Shown here: piece by piece, positions 30,413 through 41,447 of the stretch | How the letters are laid out: the number at the start of each line of letters is the position of its first letter | How positions within the stretch are numbered: position 1 is the first letter of the stretch | Assembly (NCBI GenBank): GCA_963745235.1 | Contig: CAVUXE010000011.1 | Location: 1 to 64,000, forward strand | DNA length: 64,000 bases | Reading direction: 5' to 3' | Source of the DNA: an uncultured Spirochaetota bacterium | GTDB lineage: Bacteria > Spirochaetota > Spirochaetia > SZUA-6 > Fen-1364 | Notes under the pieces: generated by a model | Seen by the model: the letters and a program-made list of their open reading frames with translations, nothing else | Databases searched by the model: none | What the model was told of the DNA's origin: nothing | Program-made: the position numbers and the translations under genes

Positions 30413-31085
30413 TTAGGATCGACACACATGGCATTTTTCACGAGGCGAATGGGTGGGCGTCCGCGCGGGATGTCCAAAGCGGTAGCAAAAAAGGTTAGGG
30501 CAGTGAGTACTAAGGTCTCCCGAACGAAGCCTAAACCGATATGCCGATAGCCTTGTGCCGGTTCCAATAATGGGGATCCGCCCCCTTCGGAGAGGGGAGG
30601 GGACGCACAACTGCTGTGCCCGACAGTTTTGGTGGTATGCTCAAGAAGCCGGCGAACGGTGATTCCCGTGCTCAAGTTCCGGGGGAGGTCAACGATAGTT
30701 GTCCTGGGGCGTTAGAGCTTGTTCACAACGAACAGTAATCCTGGTTCAGGAGCGCCGACTTACGTGGGACGCTGTTCGCCGGTTACTTGAAGAAGTTGGA
30801 CTGCCCATAATCTCTTCTTTCGCGGTTTGGACAATATCAATTTCGGCAGCTTCGCTTCTACCCGTGTGAATCTAGAAGCCATTTCACCGGAAAACCTCTG
30901 GGATATGCGGACCGAGTGACTAGTCCGGATCTGTATGGCTTCTTGGAGGCAAAAAAAGGAGCTCTGTGCATAACGGCCACATGATATGTAGCCGCTACGG
31001 TAGAGGGCCTATGCAGCTGCTTTGCTTTTTGCACGTGCTCCCCCTACATCCGGAGTCGGCGGGCAATCGAAACAATTCGCTTTGA

Positions 31086-33014
31086 CCCATCTTCTACAGT
31101 TTGAGGCCGTTCCGTGGTGCCTACCCCCCGAATTTACAGGGAATTTGAGGGTTTTTCGCTGACGCAAGCGGATTTTGTAGTGCCAACAAAGTTAGTTAAT
31201 ATGCAGAAATGACTTGCATCTGGTGCGATCCCATGATAGTATCCGTGGTGGGGAGGGAAGTACCCGGTGTTCGTCCGCGTCAAGAACTCTCACGGATACA
31301 AGTATCTCCAGATCGTGGAGAACAGGCGCGAGGGCAACAAGGTCAAACAGCGCGTGCTGACCACCCTCGGTCAGTTCGATGCACTCACCGAATCAGGCAA
31401 GATCGATGACCTCACCCGTTCGCTTGCGAAGTTCGCCTCTACGCGCGCCATTGTCGATGCCCACCGCGAGGGGGCTATCCAAGCCCGCCATACCCTGTCT
31501 ATCGGCCCTGCTCTGGTCTTCGACCGCTTATGGCAGCAATTGGGAATCAAAGAGGCGATAAGAGAAGAGCTATCAGCCAGCCGATGCCGTTTCCCTTTGG
31601 AGCGCGCGATCTTTCTCACTGTGTTGCATCGCCTTGTGGATCCTGGAAGCGACCGCGCCGCAGAGCGCTGGAAGGAGGATTTCCAGATCAGCGGGACTGA
31701 GGGCATCGAGTTGCATCATCTCTACCGGGCCATGGGTTGGCTGGGCGAGCAAAGCCTTCAGCTCGGGCACGATGCGCGAAGCCTGCGATGTCGAAAGGAC
31801 CTCATCGAAGAGAAGCTTTTCCGCCGCAATCGCGATCTGTTCAGCGAGCTGGAGCTAGTGTTCTTCGACACCACCAGCCTTTACTTCGAGGGGCAAGGCG
31901 GGGAGAGCCTGGGACAATACGGACACAGCAAGGACCACAGGCCCGACCTGAAACAGATGGTGGTCGGGGCGGTGCTGGACGGCACGGGGCGCCCGATCTG
32001 CTGCGAGCTGTGGCCGGGGAACCTCACCGATGTCACCTCCCTTATCCCGGTGGTCAAGCGTCTGAAGAGTCGCTTCGGCATCGCCTCGGTGTGCGTGGTG
32101 GCCGATCGAGGGATGATAAGCGCAGAGACGATTCGGAAACTTGAGAGTGCAGATCTCGGCATGTCCTATATCCTCGGGGCGCGCATGCACAAAGACAAAA
32201 CGGTGCGCGATGAATTGCTTCCCTCCTCTGCGGAGTTTCAGGTGGTCACGGGAGCGAAGAAGAAGGCCCAGGATCCCTCGCCGCTTTCGGTGCGCGAACA
32301 GTGGGTGGGAGGAAAGCGCTACATCGTGTGCTACAACGAAGATCAGGCGCGAAAGGATGCCGCTGACAGGGCAGCCATCGTGGAGTCCCTGAAAGAGAAG
32401 CTGAAAAGCGGGGACAAGAGCCTTGTAGGAAACAAGGGCTACAGGCGCTACCTGAAGTCCGCGGGAGCGCAACACTTCACGATTGACGAGGCGAAGCTCG
32501 CCGAAGAACAACAATTCGACGGCATGTGGGTTCTTCGAACCAACACGACGTTTGCCGCTGCGGATGTCGCACTAAAGTACAAGCAGTTGTGGATGGTGGA
32601 GTCAATCTTCCGTTCGGCCAAGAGCCTCCTTGAGACCCGCCCGATCTATCACAAGGTCGACGATACCATCCGCGGGCACGTGTTCTGTAGTTTCCTCGCC
32701 TTGGTGCTGCGAACAGAGTTGGAGACGCGGCTCCAGAACCGAGGGGAGAAGCTGGAATGGGCGGACATCAACAGGGACCTTCGCGCCCTGCAGGAAGTGG
32801 AAGTGCAAATGAACGGCAAGAAGCTGTACCTGCGGACTGACCTCCGTGGGGTATGCCACACGGTACTGCAGGCTGCGGGGGTTGCAGTGCCGCAGACGGT
32901 CCGCGAATGAGGGCGCCGCGTCAGGGAAAGTCGCCTTGTAGTGCCAAAGAACCGTTGCGGCCTTCTAATTCCTTACAGGGAAATAACATCACTTTTCAAA
33001 GTGTAGAAGATGGG
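31086..33014 (+). mobile_element. IS1634-family insertion sequence, complete
   Basis: IRs CCCATCTTCTACAGTTTGA / TCAAAGTGTAGAAGATGGG; 5-bp target duplication TTTGA on both sides. Confidence 0.93.
31267..32910 (+). CDS. IS1634-family DDE transposase
   Basis: YLQIVENRR N-terminus; FFDTTSLYFEG, GHSKDHRPD, VADRG and YKQLWMVESIFR motifs. Confidence 0.93.
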   Translation: MFVRVKNSHGYKYLQIVENRREGNKVKQRVLTTLGQFDALTESGKIDDLTRSLAKFASTRAIVDAHREGAIQARHTLSIGPALVFDRLWQQLGIKEAIREELSASRCRFPLERAIFLTVLHRLVDPGSDRAAERWKEDFQISGTEGIELHHLYRAMGWLGEQSLQLGHDARSLRCRKDLIEEKLFRRNRDLFSELELVFFDTTSLYFEGQGGESLGQYGHSKDHRPDLKQMVVGAVLDGTGRPICCELWPGNLTDVTSLIPVVKRLKSRFGIASVCVVADRGMISAETIRKLESADLGMSYILGARMHKDKTVRDELLPSSAEFQVVTGAKKKAQDPSPLSVREQWVGGKRYIVCYNEDQARKDAADRAAIVESLKEKLKSGDKSLVGNKGYRRYLKSAGAQHFTIDEAKLAEEQQFDGMWVLRTNTTFAAADVALKYKQLWMVESIFRSAKSLLETRPIYHKVDDTIRGHVFCSFLALVLRTELETRLQNRGEKLEWADINRDLRALQEVEVQMNGKKLYLRTDLRGVCHTVLQAAGVAVPQTVRE

Positions 33015-33130
33015 TTTGAACAACTGTCGCCAGTCACCTTATTAATATATGACTTTTGATAGACGCACTTGTCAATTGTAATTGATTGTCGGATCAGATG
33101 TAATCTTTTGTTAGCAAATACGAATTTCTG

Positions 33131-33160
33131 TTGACTTTTGTTTTTGATTCGATTTACAAT
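33131..33160 (+). promoter_or_regulatory. Sigma70 promoter of the sugar ABC operon
   Basis: TTGACT, 18 bp, TACAAT in an AT-rich intergenic region. Confidence 0.55.
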
Positions 33161-33275
33161 CTCCCGATTTCAAGATTCCGGCCGGCGAACGCCTTCGGAC
33201 GACATCGCCAGATCTCAATCTCAGAAAAAACGGATCAGAGGCCATGCAGAAACTACCTGCGGGAGGGTGCGAATA

Positions 33276-34271
33276 ATGGCCAGGCGACTATCTCGCAAAG
33301 TGACGAACGGGCCCGCGATCTCCACGGCTACGATCGCTGATGGCGGGAGCCAGGTGTTGCGTTTGGTCCCTGTGGGGCTTTTACTCGTCATTCTCGTTGT
33401 TCTGAGCGTGCTCGTTCCGTATTTCCTGTCGGTCAGCAATTTTATCAGCGTCCTGATGCAATCCTCGGCCCTCGGCCTCATGGCTGTGGGTCTGACCGCC
33501 GTGCTCATCACCGGAGGAATAGACCTCTCGGTGCCTTCACTCATGTCCTTTAGCGCCGTACTTGGGGCCATGTACATGAAATCGGGAGGCAGCCCCGTGG
33601 CGGCCAGCCTCCTCATGCTGGTGGTTGCAATCGCCGGCGGATGTATCAACGGAGCGGCTGTCGCCTATCTCAGGATGATCCCGTTCGTTGTAACGCTTTC
33701 CACCATGGCCATTTTCAGCGGCGCTTCGATCTGGATCACGAACGCCGTGAGCGTCACAGGCATACCGCGCGTCTTCATCACGACCGTGATGGCCGACGTC
33801 TGGATAATTCCCGTCCCCGTGATTGCCTTCATCGTCGTGACCCTCATCGTTCAACTCTTCCTCACGCGCAGCCTCTACGGGAGGTGGCTGTACGCGGTCG
33901 GGATCAACATCCGCGCCGCGAGGGTCTCGGGCATTCCCGCCCAGCGGGTGCTGTTCGGCGCATACGTGTTCTCGGGGTTCATCGCCGGACTGGCGGCCAT
34001 CGTCACCACTGCTTGGCTGGGAACCGCGGGGGGCACAATCGGCTCCGAAGGGGTCGTTCTGGATGTCGTCAGCTCGGCAGTCCTCGGCGGCGTGAGTATC
34101 TACGGGGGCGCCGGAACGGCGCTTGGAGCGCTCATTGGCACCGTTCTCATCAAGCTCATCAGCAACAGCCTGAACTTCCTGCAGGCGTCCTACTACATGA
34201 CGTTGGTAGTGAAGGGGATCGTCATCGTCGGCTTCGTGGCTATCGACTCCCTGTTCCGCAGAAAGTCATAG
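33276..34271 (+). CDS. Sugar ABC transporter permease (RbsC type)
   Basis: ITGGIDLSV and GRWLYAVG...ARVSGI motifs. Confidence 0.9.
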   Translation: MARRLSRKVTNGPAISTATIADGGSQVLRLVPVGLLLVILVVLSVLVPYFLSVSNFISVLMQSSALGLMAVGLTAVLITGGIDLSVPSLMSFSAVLGAMYMKSGGSPVAASLLMLVVAIAGGCINGAAVAYLRMIPFVVTLSTMAIFSGASIWITNAVSVTGIPRVFITTVMADVWIIPVPVIAFIVVTLIVQLFLTRSLYGRWLYAVGINIRAARVSGIPAQRVLFGAYVFSGFIAGLAAIVTTAWLGTAGGTIGSEGVVLDVVSSAVLGGVSIYGGAGTALGALIGTVLIKLISNSLNFLQASYYMTLVVKGIVIVGFVAIDSLFRRKS

Positions 34272-34286
34272 GGGAGGAGAAACGGA

Positions 34287-35798
34287 ATGAGCAACCCGTT
34301 CCTGCGTATGGTGGACATCAGAAAGAGATTCCCCGGCGTAGAGGCCCTGAAGGGAGTCACCTTCGAAGCCTTTGCTAGCGAGGCAACGGCCCTCATCGGC
34401 GCAAACGGCGCCGGGAAGAGCACGCTGATGAACGTGCTGGGCGGAGTCATCGCGGCTGACAACGGGCACATCGAGATCGACGGGGTGCAGGCGACCATCC
34501 GCGCGCCCGCCGAGGCGTCACGGCACGGCGTGGCTTTCGTCCACCAGGAGCTGGCGCTCATGCCCACTCTCAGCATCCTGGACAACATGCTGATATCGGA
34601 CTTCCCCGGCCGCAAGGGTTTCATAGATTATGGGAGCGGCGAAAAGCTCTGCCGCGATGCGCTGGCGCAGCTCGGGTACGATTTCGCCCTCCGCACGCAG
34701 GTGCGCGATCTAAGCCCGGGAGACCAGCAGATCGTGGAGATTGCCCGGACGCTCCTGGGCAAAACGAAGATCGTGATCTTCGACGAGCCCACCTCCTCCC
34801 TGACCTCCCGCGAAAAGGAGCGCTTGTTCGAAATCATTGGAATCATGAAGTCGCGAGGCACCACCATCATCTATATCACCCACCTCCTTGATGAGGTCTT
34901 CACCGTCTGCGAGCGAGCGGTCATCATGCGCAATGGCGCGAAGGTGGCGGAAAGCATGATCGGGGACCTGACGCGAGAAGCGATCGTGGAAAAAATGATC
35001 GGATCTCATGAGGTGGTAAACTACTTCCAGCACCGCGAGCGGAAGCCGGGGGACCTGCTTCTGTCGGTGGAGAACCTGCAGCGGGAGGGCTTCCTCGACA
35101 ACGTCAGCTTTACACTCCGCCGAGGGGAAGTGGTCGGGCTGTGGGGGCTGCTTGGGTCCGGGCGCACGGAGCTCTTCCGTGCCTTGATGGGCTTGGATCA
35201 GATCAACGCCGGCCGTATCAAGCTCCACAGGGACGGCAGCGTTGTGGAGCTGAAACCGAAGAACGCGCACAAGGTGATGGGGCTACTGACGGAGGACCGC
35301 CGGACTGACGGCCTCCTGCTGCCGATGTCTATCCGCCTCAACATGTCCCTTGCCAATCTCAGGAACCTTCTCTCCCGGCTGCGGCCGTTCATCGCGCGCG
35401 CGAGCGAGGAGCGGATCACGAGGGAATACGTCACGAAGCTGAACATCAAAAGCACCTCCATTGAGCAGAAGGTCGGAACGCTGAGCGGAGGGAACCAGCA
35501 GAAGGTCGTCGTGGGTCGCTGGCTTCAGACAAAGCCCCTTATCTTCCTGTTGGACGAGCCCACGCGGGGGTTGGACGTCGAGGCCAAGGCGGAGCTGCAT
35601 TCGATTGTTGGCGACCTCGCGGACAGCGGGGCGGCGGTGCTGATCGTCTCATCCGATCTGGATGAGATCATAAGCCTCTCCGATCGATTCCTCGTGATGG
35701 TTCGCGGGCGGATCGTCGAGGAGTTTCCCGGCGCCGTCACCAAGCATCGCCTTCTTGCCACTGCGTCAGGCATTTCCGTTGCGTCTGTGAAGGAGTGA
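34287..35798 (+). CDS. Sugar ABC transporter ATP-binding protein (RbsA type)
   Basis: GANGAGKST, DEPT, LSGGNQQK and DEPTRG motifs. Confidence 0.95.
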   Translation: MSNPFLRMVDIRKRFPGVEALKGVTFEAFASEATALIGANGAGKSTLMNVLGGVIAADNGHIEIDGVQATIRAPAEASRHGVAFVHQELALMPTLSILDNMLISDFPGRKGFIDYGSGEKLCRDALAQLGYDFALRTQVRDLSPGDQQIVEIARTLLGKTKIVIFDEPTSSLTSREKERLFEIIGIMKSRGTTIIYITHLLDEVFTVCERAVIMRNGAKVAESMIGDLTREAIVEKMIGSHEVVNYFQHRERKPGDLLLSVENLQREGFLDNVSFTLRRGEVVGLWGLLGSGRTELFRALMGLDQINAGRIKLHRDGSVVELKPKNAHKVMGLLTEDRRTDGLLLPMSIRLNMSLANLRNLLSRLRPFIARASEERITREYVTKLNIKSTSIEQKVGTLSGGNQQKVVVGRWLQTKPLIFLLDEPTRGLDVEAKAELHSIVGDLADSGAAVLIVSSDLDEIISLSDRFLVMVRGRIVEEFPGAVTKHRLLATASGISVASVKE

Positions 35799-35802
35799 CA
35801 CG

Positions 35803-36780
35803 ATGCTGGCCAGGAAACGCCTTACAGTCGGAACCTTTCTCCTTTCTTACGGTTTTCCCCTGACTCTTGTCGTGATCATCATCCTTATTTCGGTGGTCTC
35901 GCCGGCGTTCTTCACGTTCAAAAATGCCATTTTCATCCTGCATGCCGCCGCGCCGACGATGATCCTGGCAACCGGGGTGGCCCTAGTCCTGATGACAGGC
36001 AAAATCGATATTTCCATCGGGTCCACGGCGTACCTCTCCGCCGGGATCGGCATCATGCTCATGACCCACGCGCACGTGAACCCGATTGTCGCGTGCCTGA
36101 TCATCTTTGCCATGGGAGCCATCCTGGGCGCGGTCAACGGTTTCGTCGTGGTGGTGCTGCGCGTCAATCCACTTATCACAACCCTAGGGACCTTCTTCAC
36201 GTTTCGCGGCCTGGCCCTGGAAATTACCAACTCTCTGACGATCACGATTCCCCAGGGGCTCAGCAACTTCGGTAGCATCCGGTTCGGACCGATATTCCTG
36301 GACATCCTGCTCGCGGCAGTGGTCCTGGCCGTCTACCAGCTCATCCACACGAGGAGCGTTTTCGGAAGGCATGTCATGGCCATCGGCAACGGCGCCGAGA
36401 TAGCCCAGAAGCTGGGCGTTCCCGTGGACAGGACATCCTTCCTCACGTTCATGCTCGCGGGGCTCATGGCCAGCATCGGCGGCGTGCTGACGATGGCGCA
36501 AGTCGGCACAATCTCTCCGTCCCTGGGCCAGGGCTACGAGTTCACGGCCATCGCGCTCCTGGTCATCGGAGGGGTCAGCCTCTTCGGCGGTGAAGGGACG
36601 ATTGTGCCGGGAGTCCTTCTCGGGGCGCTGACCCTCACGATCATCCAGAGCGGGCTGAACTTCATCGGCGCTTCCCCTTTTGTCTATCCCCTGGTGCGGG
36701 GAGGGATCATTTTCGTCGCCATGTACGCGGACTCGCTCAAGAACGCGGTGGCAAGGAAGGTGAGGCTCATACCCGAATAG
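35803..36780 (+). CDS. Sugar ABC transporter permease
   Basis: TGKIDISIG, FGRHVMAIG and IGGVSLFGGEG motifs. Confidence 0.9.
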   Translation: MLARKRLTVGTFLLSYGFPLTLVVIIILISVVSPAFFTFKNAIFILHAAAPTMILATGVALVLMTGKIDISIGSTAYLSAGIGIMLMTHAHVNPIVACLIIFAMGAILGAVNGFVVVVLRVNPLITTLGTFFTFRGLALEITNSLTITIPQGLSNFGSIRFGPIFLDILLAAVVLAVYQLIHTRSVFGRHVMAIGNGAEIAQKLGVPVDRTSFLTFMLAGLMASIGGVLTMAQVGTISPSLGQGYEFTAIALLVIGGVSLFGGEGTIVPGVLLGALTLTIIQSGLNFIGASPFVYPLVRGGIIFVAMYADSLKNAVARKVRLIPE

Positions 36781-36898
36781 TGCACCGTGGCAGCGGAAGG
36801 AGGTAAAAGAGTTTCCTGTTCGAAAGGAGAGGGGCGGAAAAGCCGCCTCGCGGATAGACCGCTTCCCTCGATCATGGATTTGTCAGAGGAGGACAAGG

Positions 36899-37933
36899 AT
36901 GAGCAGATTCAAGGTTCTATTTGCCGTCGTCGCGGTCCTGGCCGTCTTCGCATTTTTCGGCGGGCAGGCCTTTGCGGGCGGGCAGTCTGAATCAGCGGCA
37001 AAGGCCGCAGGAGGGGGCAAGGTCATCCGCGTAGGCGTGTCCTACAACGAGAAGATCCACTCCCAGATCCAGGCCTGGACGGATGAGCTGGCCAAGTACG
37101 GCAAAACCTACGGCGCGGAACACAACGTCCAGTTTCAATGGATTGTGAACGTGGCAAACGGGGATCCGTCCACTCAGGCGTCGAACATCCAGGATCTCAT
37201 CAACCAGCACGTTGACCTGATCGTGGCCCGCGCCGAGGACGCCGCGGCAATCGGGTCATCCATCGATGCCGCGCACAAGGCAGGGATCCCTTTCATCACG
37301 TTTGATCGCCAGTCTTCTACGGTCCAGCCGGACGCCCACGTGGGCGGTGACAGCTATGCGCAAGGCTTGACGGTGGCGAACGCGGCAGCAGACATGCTCC
37401 AGAAAGCCAACGTGCAAGGCAAGGCAATCGAGCTGCTCGGCGACCTTAGGGACATGAACGCGGTCCTCCGCAGCCAGGCCTGGCACCAAGTGGAGGCTGG
37501 CAAGAAGGCGTGGTCCACCGTTCAGCAGGTGCCGACGGACTGGAAGCCCGAGAACTTCTACACCGGCACCGCGAATGCGCTTGCGGCCCATCCGGAGGCG
37601 AACGTGATCTTCGCGGCGAGCGACTTCGCCATCGATGGCGTGCTCAAGGCCCTCAAGGAGGCCAACAAACTCTGGCCCGCGGGAGATCCCCGGCACGTGT
37701 ACCTGTTCACCTGTGACGTGCAGCCCCAGGCGTTGCAGCCGCTGCATGACGGGTACATCGACATCGCCTCCTCGTATGAAGCATACGCACAGGCCGACGA
37801 GCTTGTCACCGTGATCGCGCAGCTGCTGGCGGGCGAGAAGGTCCAGGGGACACACCTCGTCCCGGGCCGGTTGTTCACGCCGCAGAACGTTGACTCAATG
37901 AAGAACGTGTGGTCAAGGGACTACAAGGACTAG
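36899..37933 (+). CDS. Sugar ABC substrate-binding protein
   Basis: Signal peptide ending AFAGGQSE; AGIPFITFDR periplasmic-binding fold motif. Confidence 0.9.
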   Translation: MSRFKVLFAVVAVLAVFAFFGGQAFAGGQSESAAKAAGGGKVIRVGVSYNEKIHSQIQAWTDELAKYGKTYGAEHNVQFQWIVNVANGDPSTQASNIQDLINQHVDLIVARAEDAAAIGSSIDAAHKAGIPFITFDRQSSTVQPDAHVGGDSYAQGLTVANAAADMLQKANVQGKAIELLGDLRDMNAVLRSQAWHQVEAGKKAWSTVQQVPTDWKPENFYTGTANALAAHPEANVIFAASDFAIDGVLKALKEANKLWPAGDPRHVYLFTCDVQPQALQPLHDGYIDIASSYEAYAQADELVTVIAQLLAGEKVQGTHLVPGRLFTPQNVDSMKNVWSRDYKD

Positions 37934-38044
37934 GCTTTTTTGCCGTGAGTGTCACCCACGGCTTCGACGGAACGCGCGTCCGGATCCGGGCGCGCGCCCG
38001 TCGCCATCAGTCCCGTGGATGGCCGCAAGCCTGAAGGAAGGGAC

Positions 38045-39472
38045 ATGAGAAAATATAGGGTGGGACTGCTGACGTTCTCCGACGGTCGACAGTACCAGCA
38101 CGAGCAGTTATTGCCCGTGAACAGGGACTACCAGCGGCGCGTCCTGCAGGCGATCGAGGGGACCGGCGTGGTCACGGTGATCGAGGGCCGCCAGATTATC
38201 TGGAACAACAAAATCGCCAACGAGGAGGCGAGCCGCCTATCAGAGGCTGGCGTCGATGCCGTCATCTTCAACTATGCCATCTGGTGCTTTCCCCATCTTT
38301 CCGCGATAGCGGCAGGGCTGGTCCGGCGCCCCATGCTCCTGTTTTCCAATCTCAATCCTGGCGAGCCGGGAATGGTGGGAATGCTTGCAGCGGCAGGAGC
38401 CATGGATCAGCTGGGCCTCACCTACGAGCGCGCCTGGGGCGACATCAACGAGCCTGCCGTCCTGGAAAGGGTCATGACATTCGTCAGGGCGGCAAGCGCG
38501 GTCTCCATGCTGCGCGGGCAGACCTTCGGAACTTTCGGCGGCAGGCCGCTGGGGATGTACACGGCGGTCGCCAACTTGGACCAATGGCAGCAGATTTTCG
38601 GTGTCGATATAGAGTACAACGAGCAGTCCGACATTGTGGCCTGTGCCGCGGAGGTCCCGCAGGCGAAGGTGGCCTTGGCGCAAAAGTGGCTCGAAGAGCG
38701 GGTGGGGGCTATCCGCTATGACGGTAAGGCTCTCACAAAAGAAAAGCTCCAGCTTGCCATCCGTTCCTATTACGCGTTGAGGAGAATCGTCGACGAGAGG
38801 AAGCTAGATTTCATCGGCGTCAAGGCGCAGCCGGAAGCTTACAGAGCGATTCGTTACGATGGACCTCGCAGAGGCCTTCCTTAATGATCCTTATGACTGG
38901 GATGGGCCCCATGAGCCCATCATCGCGGCAACGGAATCCGACATGGATGGCGCTCTGACGATGCAGCTTTTCAAACACCTGACCCGGGGGCAACCCGTCC
39001 TGTTTGCAGATGTTCGGCATTATGACCGTGAAAACGACCTCTGGTATTTCTCCAACTCCGGGATGCACCCCACCTATTTCGCGGGGAAGTCTGACCGGCC
39101 AGAGGACAATCTCAGTCGCGTCACCTTCTACCCAGAAGTGTCGGACTATCCGGCTGGGGTCCCTCGGTGCACCATTTTGCGGCTCCTGGCAGGATGACGT
39201 TCGCGCGAATGGCGAGAAGAAACGGCATCTACTGGCTGGCCCTCCTGAATGGGGAGATCGTCGAGGTCGAACGCGAGAAGGCGCTTAGGATGGGGCAAAC
39301 GGTGACACCGGAGTGGCCTATTGCCTTCACTCGCCTGGACTGCGGCGTTTCGGATTTCCTCTCCGTGTTTCCCTGCAATCACATCCACGGCGTCTACGGC
39401 GACTGGGCTGAGACATTTTCCCAGGTTGCACGCGTGCTGGGTATCGAGGTCCACCGCTTCGGGACGCGATGA
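38045..39472 (+). CDS. L-fucose/L-arabinose isomerase family protein (two frameshifts)
   Basis: FSDGR, IWCFPH, PGMVGMLAA, GGRPLGMYT, TESDMDGALTM, FADVR and CNHIHGVYGD across three ORFs. Confidence 0.85.
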
Positions 39473-39491
39473 GAACCCCAGGGAGGTGTTC

Positions 39492-40358
39492 ATGCACAAC
39501 AAGGTCGGGATCTACTATGCATATTGGACCCATGACTGGGACGTTGACTTCGTGCCTTTTCTTGCGAGGGTCAAGAAACTAGGCTTCGATGTGCTGGAGA
39601 TCAACGCAGGAACACTCGGGGCGATGAACTCAGCGCAAAGCAAGCGGCTTCGGACTGCTTCTGAGGAGACAGGGGTTCCCATGAGTTGCTGCATTGGGCT
39701 GCCACCCTCCTCCGACATGGCCGCTTCCGACGCATCGACACGAAAAGAGGGAGTTGCACACCTCAGCCGAATCGCTGACGGCATGGTGGAAACGGGGATA
39801 CAACGCCTCACGGGAATTCTGTACTCCTGCTGGCCGGGATCGCTCGAAGGACGGGAAGTCAGCAAGAAGCAGGCCTGGGATTGGAGCGTTGCTGGCATGA
39901 AAGAAGCGATCAAGAAGGCTGAAGACCTTGGGTTGACGTATAACGTTGAAGTAGTGAATCGGTTCGAGCAATTCCTCATCAATACCGCGGAAGAGGCTGT
40001 CCAGTATGTGAAAGCGGTCGGAAGCCCGAATCTAAAGATACTCCTTGACACGTATCACATGAACATCGAAGAGGACAGTTTCGAACGGGCTATAGAGACC
40101 GCCGGAAGCCTCCTAGGCCATCTTCATACGGGAGAGAGCAACCGCAAGCCTCCCGGTAGGGGGCATATCCCATGGAAAGAGATCGGATCTGCGTTGAAAA
40201 CAGTGGAGTTCACAGGCTGGGTTGTTATGGAACCCTTCCTTATGCCCGGCGGAGAGGTCGGGCGAGACATCAAGGTCAACCGCGAGCTGATGCCGCAGAT
40301 CGATCTTGATGAAGAGGCGCGAAGAGCATGCGCATTTACCAGAGAGTTTCTTGTTTGA
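39492..40358 (+). CDS. D-psicose/D-tagatose 3-epimerase family protein
   Basis: GIYYAYW, EVVNRFEQ, LDTYHMNIEE, HTGESNR and MEPF motifs. Confidence 0.9.
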   Translation: MHNKVGIYYAYWTHDWDVDFVPFLARVKKLGFDVLEINAGTLGAMNSAQSKRLRTASEETGVPMSCCIGLPPSSDMAASDASTRKEGVAHLSRIADGMVETGIQRLTGILYSCWPGSLEGREVSKKQAWDWSVAGMKEAIKKAEDLGLTYNVEVVNRFEQFLINTAEEAVQYVKAVGSPNLKILLDTYHMNIEEDSFERAIETAGSLLGHLHTGESNRKPPGRGHIPWKEIGSALKTVEFTGWVVMEPFLMPGGEVGRDIKVNRELMPQIDLDEEARRACAFTREFLV

Positions 40359-40416
40359 ATGATTTAGGAATTTAGGCCGCTCCTCGAAGGGTAGGGCCTA
40401 TCTAAGTAAGCTATCC

Positions 40417-40677
40417 ATGCGAACCTATGACCTTAGGAAAGGTGCAAAGCTGCACCTTAGAGACGATCGCAATGCCGAATTGCTTGATTCATTAAGGAGT
40501 CTAAAGAGAAAGGTGAGAGTTGAAAGGCCAACCGCTAATATCGAGACCATCATGAGTTATGACATTGCTGCTTATCTAGGTGAAGATGGCGTCTGGCATG
40601 ATGATTTGGAGTATTCCAAAGAAGAAATTGGCCAACGTCAACGCGCCTACGAGCGACGATCGGATTTGTTGACGTAA
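40417..40677 (+). CDS. Hypothetical protein
   Basis: 86-aa ORF; no recognisable domain. Confidence 0.4.
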   Translation: MRTYDLRKGAKLHLRDDRNAELLDSLRSLKRKVRVERPTANIETIMSYDIAAYLGEDGVWHDDLEYSKEEIGQRQRAYERRSDLLT

Positions 40678-40761
40678 GGAAGTGCAAACCGCGGATGTGC
40701 GGGCAGCCGCTGGTTACTACGAAAGGCGTTGTGTGATGGAGATGATGGAGAGGAGGCTATC

Positions 40762-41247
40762 ATGGATGAAAAAAAGAGTGAGCTCCTAAGAGTGGAGAAC
40801 GACGAAAAGGAACTGACTTTTGAGTCTTTCGGAAACGAGGATGCAATCAATCTGGGGTTGGCATTCCTGAAGACAGCGCGCGAGCGTAAGCTTCCGATTA
40901 CTCTGGACATTGAACGCAGCGGGCAGCGTCTATTTCATTTTGCTGCAACCGGGACCTCAATTGATAACGCGAATTGGATAGAGCGAAAAAAGAATCTGGT
41001 CAAGACGCTTTTCAAAAGCTCCTACGCGATCCATCTCCAGCTCGAAAACGAACACAAAACCCTCGATCAAAGGTACGAGAGCCCAATGAGTCACCTTGCA
41101 GCGCACGGCGGATGCTTTCCCATTGTTGTCAGAGGCACTGGATTTGTGGGTACTATCACAGTTTCGGGTCTTCCTCAAAAGGATGATCACGACCTAGTAG
41201 TAGAAGTGATTCGGGAGCATCTTAGGTCGGCACAATCGTTCAAATAA
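40762..41247 (+). CDS. UPF0303 / GlcG-HbpS (heme-binding-like) protein
   Basis: DNANWIERKKN...HGGCFPIVV...TVSGLPQKDDH. Confidence 0.85.
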   Translation: MDEKKSELLRVENDEKELTFESFGNEDAINLGLAFLKTARERKLPITLDIERSGQRLFHFAATGTSIDNANWIERKKNLVKTLFKSSYAIHLQLENEHKTLDQRYESPMSHLAAHGGCFPIVVRGTGFVGTITVSGLPQKDDHDLVVEVIREHLRSAQSFK

Positions 41248-41344
41248 GATTAAGATGCGGAATTGCTGTGTGGTATCGATGCCAATTGAGCTTGTAGCAG
41301 CGGCAATGTCGGCGCCATCTTTCTTGTGGTGGAACGGGACCCGG

Positions 41345-41429
41345 GTAGGCTTTCAGCGATTTCGGTAATACGAGCGGTAATGAAAACGGCCCCGACGTGC
41401 TTGGACGTCAGTTGGTCAGGCGAGTCCAT
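41345..41429 (-). pseudogene. 5' stub of a third copy of the recombinase
   Basis: Translates MDSPDQLTSKHVGAVFITARITEIAESLP, versus MDSPDQLKPKHAGAAFIAASIAQIAESLP at 12901. Confidence 0.85.
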
Positions 41430-41447
41430 TTTACCCCTCCCTTCGTA

